Below are positions 53,621 to 64,000 of a stretch of DNA of 64,000 nt, piece by piece. Below the pieces are notes generated by a model, which made no database searches, was not told the DNA's origin, and was given only the letters and a program-made list of their open reading frames with translations. Location of the stretch: NCBI RefSeq assembly GCF_000315625.1, contig NW_005434629.1, positions 270,409 to 334,408 of the forward strand, read 5' to 3'. How positions within the stretch are numbered: position 1 is the stretch's first letter; each line of letters opens with the position of its first letter. Position numbers and translations under genes: made by a program. This DNA is from Guillardia theta CCMP2712 (lineage: Eukaryota; Protista; Cryptophyta).

Positions 53621-56365
53621 ATGGTCAGGTATGCCGGTCTCGTTGGAAGGGCGGCGATGCTAGTGGTTGCGATGGCGGCTATGGCAGCAGGCAAAGGCGA
53701 CGATGAGGTCAAAGAACTTCCTGGGTGGAAGGTGAGGAGGATGGAGGAGGATGGAGGAGGGTAGATAACGTTCAAACTGTTGTTCGCGAAAGTTTGTCCT
53801 GGGTTCCCTGAGAGGAAGGGAGATGAGATATATGTCGAGAGGAGAAGAGAATAAAGATGGGGGGGGTGGGGGGTATTAGAAGAGGACAGGAGAGGACAGG
53901 AGAGGAGAGGAGGAGTAGGTGTAGGAGAGAGGAGAGAAACGGAAAGAGAAAGAGACAATATGAGAGACGTTTTCGAGAAACACGTAGTGGTACAGAGGGT
54001 GGGATCAGTAGAACAGCCCAACCATGATGACAGCAACAACTGAAACCGTGGATGGCAGGGACCCCTTCCCAGCCGATGGTTCTCAGGATACATTGAAATC
54101 AACGAGAACATGCGTACCCACTACGTCTATGTGGAGAGGGAACCAGTTCCTTCCTCCTCCTCCCCTCCTGCCGATCCTCCTTCTCCTCCTCCCCTTCTCC
54201 TGTGGAGCAACGGCGGCCCAGGAGCATCTTCCATGTTCGGCCTTATGACAGAGATCGGCCCCTTCATGCTCAGCGCCGAGAGTCTCAAGACCAAGTCCTT
54301 CCGCAAGACGCGGATCCCCTCTCTTATCCGCAACCCCTTCTCATGGACTCGCTTCGCCGACCTGCTCATCTTCGACTCTCCTCCTCCCGTCGGCTTCTCC
54401 TACTGCTACCCAGCAGGACCTGCCGGGCATGGCGATTCCTGTGGAGGATGGAACGACACGAGGACGGCGCAGGTGAACTACAAGGCACTGAAGGGCTTCC
54501 TGACCCTCTACCCTCACCTGCGCGTTCGTAAGCTCTTCCTAGCCGGGGAGTCGTACGCTGGCGTCTATATCCCGACGCTGGCTCGTGAGATCCTCGAGGG
54601 GCAGGAGGAGTTCGCCATCAACCTGCGAGGGTTTGCTGTGGGGGACGCATGCGCGGGAACAGACGTCCTGTGCGGGGACTCGTTCGGCCCCTTGTGGGAG
54701 GTGGAGTGGCTCCAAGGGCACCAGCAGTTTTCACGCAGACTGTACGATGAGGTGAAGGCGACGTGCGGGTACGACGAGCTGAAGACTGGGAACTTGTCTG
54801 GGAGCTGCGAGATGGTGCTGGGGAAGATGGAGCAGGAGGTCGGGGGCTACTACGAGTACGCTCTCTACGATGACTGCATCTACGACGATGCGTTCCAGCT
54901 GTGGAGCTGGCATGCGCTGCCGGGGTATGTGAGGAGGAGAGGAAGAGGAATGAGGAAGGCCTCTGCTCGCGGAGCTCTGAATGACTACCCTTGCGGTGCA
55001 GGAAGGTGAGAAGAGGGGAGCAGGCATGGTTCTTGCTTGTTACGTGGCTGTTTCCTTCCCCCTTCCCACATACGTTTCCTCCATTCCATTCCCTTCTTCC
55101 CGCTGCTTCCAATACCAATCTTTGGTGCAACCTTGTATCCGTACCAGCATCTGCATCATCCTATCTCGATGCTGCCCCTTGCTCCTCCTCACCATCTCCT
55201 CTCCTCACCCCCTCCCTCCCCCCCTTTACCTCCCAGTCTTATCTGATGCTACGACGAACAGAGCTCTTGTACTGTGGGTAGAGAATACGAAGGTTCGCAA
55301 AGCCCTACACGTCCCACCCTCCTCCTACTTTTTCAACGCGGACAATGGCGATGGCTTCAGCTACCTCCTGACCGAGAAGTCGCTGATCCCGTTCTACCGT
55401 GACGTCGCTGCCGGCCGATGGGGCCGCATGAAAGTGCTGATCTACAATGGTGACACAGACCCGGTGAGGTGAAGGAGGGGGAAAGAAGGTGGGGGGGAGG
55501 GGGGGCGAGTGAAGGGGAGAGTGAAGTGGAGAGTAGAGGGGTAAAGCAGGAGAGGGAGTGCTAGGGGAGGAGGGCGAGAGAGGAAAGGAAATCCCTGCAA
55601 GTAGCTGAGAAGCCGTGCCGCAGTCCATCAACACTCTTGCAGCTCAGAACTGGACTGTTGCCTTGAGCCTTGCAGAAGCTGAGAGCTGGTGAGAAAAGCT
55701 TCCCCTCTGCTACTCCTCTCTTCTTCTTCTTCCTCTTTCCTCCTCCTGCTCCTCCCTCCGCCCTCCTCCCCCCCTCCCTTTCCAGCTTCCTCCCCTTCTC
55801 TCCCTGTCTTCTCCCTCCTCTGGCTCCTTGTGACTTGTCGAGCAGGCGCCCGTGGACGCTCGACGGCTGCAGGCGCATGGGAGGATACGTCACGCGCTAT
55901 GCCGGGTCCTTGGACTTCCTGACCATCAGGGGAGCAGGGCATATGGTCCCCACCTACAAGCCAGCAGCAGCCTTCTCAATGATGAGGTGACTAGTCCTAC
56001 CTTCCTGGTCCTCCCTCCTCCCTCCCTCTTCCTCCTTCCCTTCTCCTCCATCTCCCGCTTGCCTCTCTCTCTCTCTCCTCGCCACCTCATCTCGTTCTTC
56101 AATGCCTCATCTTTCGACTCTTTTTCTCCCGCTCTATCTTCCTCTCTCGTCCTTTCGGCCTCTCTGTGTGCCTCCCTCCTGTCTACCGCCGCTCCCTCCC
56201 TCTTCCTCCTTCACCTCCTCTCTGCCTCTTCCTCCTCGTCTTATCTTATGCTCACAAGCTCATTTCAGCCGCTGGATCGAAGATCTCCCGTTCCCAACAT
56301 ACAATTCATCATGTCAGAAGCCGCCGCCAAGTAGGAGAAGAGTGAGGACAGCAGTGATAGCATGA
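53621..56365 (+). CDS. Serine carboxypeptidase, peptidase family S10, secreted
   Basis: [10 protein letters not shown], catalytic [27 protein letters not shown], and a signal peptide. Confidence 0.95.
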
Positions 56366-56841
56366 AGCAGGGACACAGAGGAAGCAGGCAGGGAGAGACA
56401 GGGCGGAAGGAGGGAAGAGGAGGAGAGTTTCTCCTCTCTATCAGCTGCATGATGTGTTGCATAACACTTCATATGTATGCCAAGAGTTTTTAACTGTGCG
56501 ACCCTTGAAGCGCGTTCACCTGCTCTAGCTGCTTCTCCACCTGCAAACATGGTCAAGTTTTTTTTCCCACCCGGCTCTCTTCCTCTGTTCCACACCCCAG
56601 TTCCTTCCCCTAACTCATTCCCCCACACCTTTCATCTACTCCTCTCCTTATCCCTATTCACTTCCGATGCCACCCGGCTCCCTCTCATTCCTCAGCTGTC
56701 ATCTATGAAGTTGTTCTCACCTCCTCTTGAGCCTTGGCGATGTTCGCAGCTTCTTCATGAGCAGAGTGTACGGCAACCTGTTGCTCCTCCTCCATTCGCT
56801 TCTGCAGGAGCCATCTGTCAGCGCAAGAGCAAGAGCAGCGA

Positions 56842-58948
56842 TCAACGCGCCTGTCTCTTCATCTCCTTGGCGAGGGCAGAATGATAACTTCCGTCGTCTT
56901 CATCCTCGTCCTCTTCCTGCCTTGTTCCCTTTGCAGCCTCCTGCTCATCGTCTTCGCTCCTTCCCCTGCCTCCTTCTTGATCGCTCAGAGTCTTTCCTTT
57001 CATGGCGAGCTCCAGCTTCGCCTCTTTCAGCGCCACTTTCTCCTCCTCCAGCGTCCGCTCAAGTCGCTTGTTCAGCAGGTCCGTCGTCTTCGCCTTGTTC
57101 ACCTCATCCTCCTTCTTCATCTTCTCCCGCTGCAGCTCAAGTTTGAGGCGAGAGATCTGAACCTCAAGCGCCGTCCTCCGCCCAGTGATGCCTTGCAGCT
57201 TCCTGCTGGCCTCCTCGAACTTGCTCGACGACTGCAGCTGGGCCCCTTGCGCCTCTTTGAGCTCGCGTTTAAGCGTGTCCACCTCCTCCTTCCTCATCTT
57301 GTCCAGCTGAGTCTGAGCTCGGAGGTTTGCAGCGGTTGCCTCTTCGAGCTTCTTGGACGCAAGGACATGAGCCTTGGCTGCCGCCACCACCTGAGCCTGA
57401 GCCGCATGGAACTCTTGGTGGAGCTGGTCGATGTGCTCCTGCACCAAGAGCATGCGATCTGAGAGCTTCCCCTTCTGATGCTTGGATGAAGAGACCTCCT
57501 GCTTCACCTGCTGCCGGTCAGCTGCGCGCATGCCGCAAACACAGCTCCCTCACCTTCCCCAGCTGTCGCTCGGCCTGATCTACAGCCTTGCCGTCTGCCG
57601 CGAGGATGTCTTTCATCGCCTGCTTCCCGTGCTCCTCTCCCCCAACCACCTTCTTCAGCACTCTCCTCTCCTCCTCTCCTTTGTTCCCAGCCAGGCTCAC
57701 GCTGGCTGCGTCCACCACGTCCTTCGCAGCCTGCCCTGCCGCCTTCACCGCATCCTCCCTCTCCCCTATCGCTCGCCCAAAGTAAACTTTTGCCGCCCTC
57801 ATTCCCGCGCTGGCCTTCTCTGCCAGCCCCTGAGCCATGGTGAGGTCCAGCGCTGCCAACGACTTCGCCTGCAGGTAACCAGCGAAACGTCAGGGGCGGG
57901 GAGAGAAAGTGGAGGAGCGGGCGGGAGAAGGAGGAGAGTGGAGGAGGAAGGAGGGGGACAGAGGATGGAAGGAAGCTTGCCTGGGTTGACTTTGATCGAT
58001 GGAGGACAGTGTTGCTCTGTGCATCCATCTTCTTTGAGTCAGCCAGGAGGACAGCAGCTGGCCTCTCCATGGCGACTCCTCTCTCCTGGTTGGCTTCTGA
58101 CAGCATCCTGTCCCTGATCTGCTCCAGTGTCAACTCGGAGTTGGCAGGCGACCGAGGAGCCTTGAGGGCTCTACCTCGCTCCGCCCCTCTGAGCGCGCCT
58201 TGTTCACCAGCTCCGTGGCTCGCGTAAGGGTTGCCTGCTTGTCCGAGAGCTGGAGGACAAGGTGACGTAAGCGCAACTGGAAGCAGGAGGGAAAGGCTCA
58301 CTTTCAAGTCATCCTTCTCGCGGAGCTTGTCGAAGTGATGTATCGACTCATCGGCCTCCTGTGCTGGACGTTAGGACGACAGAGACAGCAGGCAGATCGC
58401 TCACCTCGAAAGATGACTTGAGTTGCTTCAAGCGCTTCTGAGAGTCGGCGATCTGTGCCTGAATGGAGCGAACTTCTCCCCCAGCCATGATGAGAGCGTC
58501 TTCGGTTCTGTGCAAGCGAGATCAGGGGGGGAGCACAGAAGATGATGACCAAGGGGGAAAGAAGGCGAGACGCCATGCCGGCAAGTTTGAGTTGTGGCGG
58601 CGCGAGTGGAAAATTGAGGAGGACAATGATCAGCAATGGCATGCAGTAGTGGAGTGAGATGGAGGAGGAGCATTTACCTGCTCACTAGCGGGCTGGTTTT
58701 GAGCATTTCCTGCTCCGCCTGCCCCAGGAGAGGGAATGACTTCATTAGCAACGATTGCGACGACCGTGAGTTGCTCACCTTAGCAGCCTTCGCTTCCTCG
58801 GCCTTGAGGGGATCATGCTCCTTTGCCTTTACAAGCACAGCACAGCACTGAGAATACATCAGCACATACTCCCAGTGACCTCACGCCATTCGAATACCAA
58901 GAGGAAGCACAGGCCAAAATAACAGCCCTGACGACGTCTGACAAACAT
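56842..58948 (-). CDS. Hypothetical coiled-coil protein with N-terminal hydrophobic segment, multi-exon
   Basis: Ala/Lys/Glu-rich heptad exons joined by GT-AG introns. Both ends are approximate. Confidence 0.6.
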
Positions 58949-59199
58949 ATTGACTTCGATCCTCGCTTCAACGCGCAGTGCCGAGCAACTCCTGCTTGAA
59001 GGGCTTCTCCTCCTCTATCGCTAGGAAGTTCACTGCGTGCTTTCGTATGCTCTGCTCCCCCGGTCTGCCTCGTCTCACGCCTCCTTCCCGTCCTCACCGA
59101 ATGCTGCACGCCATGGCGTGTTCTGACTCTTGACGAGGGAGATGGAACGAGGAGGGATGAGGTCCACAATCATGAGAATGAGGGGGATGAAAAAGCTGG

Positions 59200-60330
59200 T
59201 TGTGAGGCCCGGACTCGAGGGTTTTCATTTGCGAGCAATTCAAATTTGGGCGGGAAATGTTCAATTTTTGCATAGCGTCCTTCAACTTTGGACTACCCCT
59301 TCATTTATCGGGATTCTTGTTCTCAAAGATGGGGTAGGGGTCTAAAGACAAAGACAGATCCCGAACAAGTCCACCTACCCACCCTAGATGGCCAACCACC
59401 ACGTAAGATCTTGCTCGTGACTACCCAACCCCTGGAAATCGAAGGGCCTCAACTGTACCCCCCATTTGATAAGTCCATTACCCAAAAAACCACCCCGTAC
59501 TTTTAGTGTTCGTGACCCCTTACCCCCCACTTTCGTCTTAAATGTATATTTCATACTTTTTCTTTTTATCCCCCGGTCCACCCCCCCACCCCGAGCATAC
59601 GACCAACCCGGAGGGCCGGCCCACCCTACTGACTTGTGATCGTACCCCCACTTAAAACCCTCGGTACCCACCCCTTGTAGCGGTCTGAGATCCTTTTTTG
59701 TGAAGCACCCTTTCCATAAGTTACTTTCCTGTACAAATGACCAACTCAGCAAGATGAAAGGTGGGGTACATGACCCTACCTCACCAAAAGTTTGGTTAGC
59801 GCGAAAAGTACTCATATCACAAATGTACAACAGCTACGCCCTCAATAGGACACATGGGTCACTAGGAAATAGGACCTATCCACCCCCTCCACCCTTCCAT
59901 TCATGCAATATACCCACCCCCAATGTACAAGAATAAACCTTCGACCATCTACCTACCCGTGACTCGGTCCAAGGTATATAGAAACAACGGGTCCTCTCTA
60001 CTCCATAACTACTCCCTTCAAGAGACTACCCCTACTCCTGTTTCACACCGAAGTTATTTACTACCTCTACCCACTGTCGTTGAATACCCACCCCCAAATC
60101 CTATGCTGTTATGTTTGGTACCCCTGTGCCGGTGATACCACCCACCCTCAAGGATTCATCTCGTAACTCAAAAATTGGTACCAAATTGATGTACCCGTCC
60201 AGATCAAATCCACCCCACCCACATCGAAGGCAAAATTCGCCATTCGTGCTACTTTGTTGTCCTTGTTTGATCCACCCCACCCCTTTGAACATAGTCCACC
60301 TACCCACCCCTCTTACTTCCTTGGGGCTGC
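59200..60330. other. ACCCC-rich island between the divergent coiled-coil and kinase genes
   Basis: Very dense ACCCC/TACCC words on the + strand. Confidence 0.6.
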
Positions 60331-60894
60331 TCAACATGGCTATGTTGCTGTTGTGGTTGGAACACGAAGGGACGTAGAGGAGGTAGAGAGAGTGAGAAGG
60401 GTGGTGGAGAAGCAAGATTCGTCTACTGTGATCGTTCACACTTGACCTCTCATTCTCGACGCATTCCAACGAATCAGAGTAAGGCTTCTTAGTCGAATTG
60501 CAGCTGAACATCTGTTAGCTCATGTTGATGAAAAATCCATTTCGTGGGTTTCAGAACCACTGGTTAGATATGACGGGGAGCCCCTTATGTTTGATTTCTG
60601 TGCATCATAGTTTCTTGATGTGTCGTGATGCATCTGCATATGTTGGTAGATGAATTCTTCAATTCCCAGATGCTTTCGGAAGATTAACTGGTATGTTCGC
60701 AGGCAAGAAGAAGCAAGTTGATTTCAAGGAGTTGTAGCAGGGTAGTTGGTGAACGAAGCTATTGCTGCCTCAAGTGACGAACGTTTCAATCTGGATGTCA
60801 TAGAGCCTCCCAGATCGGTAGAAAAGCCCAGAAGAGCTTCGGATTTGACTCGGTCTGCGCCTACGTTGCAGGAGTCTGGCAAACCAAGAGTAGA

Positions 60895-62829
60895 ATGTCA
60901 AGGAGTACTAAAGAGCCTATGTCACCCCCGGCAGGGAAGAATGGAGTTGCGAGGGCCTCGAATTTCCCATCGTTCGCTAGATCGTTCGTTTCTCTGTTGA
61001 GAGGGAGCGGAATTAGGAAAGATTTCGACGTTGATGAGGAGATTCTTGGGCGTGGACGGTTTGGGATCGTTTTGAAAGGAAAGAGGCTCGCAGACAACAA
61101 ACCAGTAGCAATCAAGAAGATCACCAAGAAGGGAAGGGATGCGAAGGCGATCGAGAAGGTCAGGAGCGAGATCGAGATCATGAAACGAGTCAACCACCCT
61201 AACTGCATCACACTGTATGGAGTCTATGAGTCCTCCAACCATATCTACATCGTGATGGAGCTGGTCAAGGGAGGAGAGTTGCTCGACCGCATCATCAGCA
61301 AAGACCATTACTCGGAGATGGAGGCGGCCCGCTGCTTTCATCAGATCATCGCGGCCATCCACTACCTCCACAGGGCAGGCATCGTCCACCGAGACCTGAA
61401 GCCAGAGAACATCCTGTATGCGGATCGAGACTCAGATGCAAACATCAAGATCGCCGACTATGGTCTCTCGAAGATGTTCGAGGCAGGCGAGCTCGCCAGC
61501 GGGCGAGCAAGGATGCTCTCTCGATGTGGATCTCCCAACTTTGTTGCTCCGGAAGTGCTGAACGGAGGAGGCTATGGTCAAGAGTGCGATATATGGAGCG
61601 CTGGAGTGATTCTCTACATCCTTCTCTGCGGATTCCTTCCTTTCGATCAGCAGGAAGTGCACGGGCACAAGGAGAAGATGTTCCTGCCTAAGATTGGGCC
61701 GCTGGACTTCCCAAGACCATACTGGGACTACATCTCAGAAGAGGCTGTCGATCTGGTGACGAAGATGCTTGTCATCGAGCCCAAGAAGCGCCTGACGTGT
61801 GAGGAGATCTTCATTCATCCGTGGCTGCAGAAGTTCCAGGAGGGCAAGTTGCACAAGGACAGCATGCCGCAGATGCAGCGTATCCTCAAGGACAACTTGT
61901 GTGCAAGGCGACTTATGGGTGCCGTGTACTCGCTGACTGCCATCCGTCGCATGAGGACAGACCTTGACTGGGACTACATGCACAAGGTGATGAGAGGGAT
62001 GGCGGCAGAGTACCTCGCACAGATCAAGCTTGATCCGGAACGAGAGGCAGAACTAAGAGAAGGTTTCAACCTGCTCGATCGCGATCGTTCGGGAAGAATC
62101 TCGATGGAGAATCTGACAGAATCGATGAGAGCGCTGGGACATTACAAGGGAGAAGCTGAGATCAAGGACATGCTCAATCGCTTCGACATCTTCCAGACAG
62201 GAGACATCTCTTTCGAAGAATACTGCATCGTGATGAGTAGTCACGATGCTTTCCTACACGCTGGTTGGGCACCTCAATCAGACAACTCAGTCCCTCCGAG
62301 CCCGGAGCTTGTTGGTCGAACCTCGGTAAATCATCTTCGCCGTAAACTTGCAGCTGCTGACAGCGATTTGTAGCTTGATGGCCGTTACTTCGACGATTAC
62401 AAGGAAATCTTCATGTGATCTTTTAAGCTTGTTGATGGAAGATTTGCTGACATTGAACAGGTCGATGGATCTCGACAACTCAGGAGTGATCGATCCTGCC
62501 AACATCCGCGAGGTGGAGGGGAAGGGAGACTCATGCTGAGCTAATCTCTCCTGCGCAGGTCCTGAAGAGACTCGGCTCAGAGGTGACAGAGGAAGAGGCA
62601 AGGAAGATGATCGAGATCGCTGATATCAAGAATAACGGTGAGATGCTGCTTGTTCTAGTCGTCGCGTCTGATGTCAGCCTCAGGCGTGATCGAATTCGAC
62701 GAGTTTGCCGAGATGATGAGCAAAGGACAGTATCTCATGGAGAGTCCTTCCCTTCGCCCGATCGATCGGGTGCCGTCAGATCGAAGTGGAACAGAAAGGA
62801 ATGAGATGGCAAAAGACTTTGTGTTGTGA
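60895..62829 (+). CDS. CAMK-group kinase with four EF-hands (CDPK-like)
   Basis: GRGRFG, VAIK, HRDLKPEN, DYG, APE. EF loops DRDRSGRISMEN, DIFQTGDISFEE, DLDNSGVIDPAN, DIKNNGVIEFDE after splicing four 3' introns. Confidence 0.92.
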
Positions 62830-63010
62830 ATAGTGTACAAGAGTGAGATGGATCAAGATAGACACGTAGGGATAGAGGGGCGGGAGAAGAGTTAAAGCAA
62901 CTGATAGATACAATTCCGTGCTTTCGTTTCACAAATCGAGGCTGAAGTTTTTGAACGAATTTTCCTTCGGGGTTGTAATTGCTAGCAATTAAAGGTGATT
63001 GAACAAGTGT

Positions 63011-64000
63011 TCAGGATAGATTTTTTGACATCTCTTGCAAAACCTTGAGCCTTGTCTCCCTGTTTGAAGTCACAACATCTCATGCGAGGCCTAAGATGCA
63101 GTCGCACCTGGGGGCTTTGAAGAACTTGTCGAGGTATCGGTGGAGGGGCCATTTATCGAATTCTTTGTCTCTGTCCTTTCGTCATCGCCGCCGGCTCCTG
63201 CCTCCTGCCTCCTGCCTCCTGCTACCTGTCTCCTCGATGCGGCGGCTCCACGATAGCTACATCCTGCCATGTTTCACGTAAGGCGGGTCTTGACAACAAA
63301 CACCTCCCGCACCCGCGCTTGAGAATTCTTGTAACAGGTGTTTGATGGGCATGCAAAGATCGACTTGGAGAAAGAAAACTGCACGCATGTCGTCACGATC
63401 CGAACCCCCCCGCTCATCCAGAGACCTTGTTCTCATCGAACACAACCTTGGCATCCCTCATGCACCTGGGCAAGTGAGTTGGGCTTGACACCAGGATGAC
63501 CTGCAATGAGATCCGGTGAGTATCAGCGGCTCTCGTCCTCGTGCTCTCAAGACCTTCTGGATCTGCTCGTTGTGCATGATCTGACCGCAGAGTTCCAGCT
63601 CCTGCACCGTGTTCAGCGACCTGGTCTCCGATCGGCAGATCAGCCTCATCGTCTCCTTGAGCCTGCATACCAGGGTGAATCGGATGAGGAGGAGGCGGAG
63701 GATCGAAAAGACCGCGCAAGGTCAGCCTCCTCGAACTCCCTGAAGTTCTTCAACCGCTCGAAGTTGTCGAACATGTACCTCATGGTGTACTCTCCCTCCA
63801 TTACCCCATCGCTGCTCTTTGACCCCCCGGTGCCGAACAGCACCATGTCCGCTCCTTCCCGATGTGCCACAAGCACGGCCTGTGGGATTCGGCCGAGCTC
63901 GTTGGTTTCTTCTCTTCCCCATGCTATCTCCTCCCATCCCTCTGCTTGCAGGTGGCAGCCATGCACTAGCACTCCCGTCCTCTGTCGAATCCCCCAGCAC
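63011..64000 (-). CDS. DUF218/YdcF(ElyC)-like protein, 5'-truncated by the window
   Basis: LFGTGGS, SLNTVQEL, ILVSSPTHLPRC, DVAIVEPPHRGD. Confidence 0.7.

Overview
Gene-dense nuclear DNA from an intron-rich microbial eukaryote. Typical introns are ~45-50 nt, GC-AG donors are frequent, and there are bipartite signal+F presequences and an RWP-RK gene. This style resembles a cryptophyte such as Guillardia theta (inference, not verified). Recognisable genes after manual splicing: SDR, malic enzyme (~29 introns), a frameshifted Crinkler/RHS-type ATPase-nuclease, YeiH/UPF0324 transporter, SlyD/SlpA-type FKBP, F-BAR-FYVE-PH protein, eIF4E, a protein with a polymorphic-toxin-like C-terminal domain, NHL propeller, RWP-RK factor, coiled-coil/C1q-like protein, SelU/MnmH, serine carboxypeptidase S10, CDPK-like kinase and a DUF218/YdcF-like protein. 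A 1.5-kb non-autonomous Copia-type LTR element has TG/CA only at its outer ends; both inner LTR ends lack the terminal base, which suggests untemplated A addition. Intergenic DNA contains two recurring island types (GC-rich motif islands and ACCCC/GGGGT islands) and a recurring 19-bp motif. All exon boundaries were read by eye.
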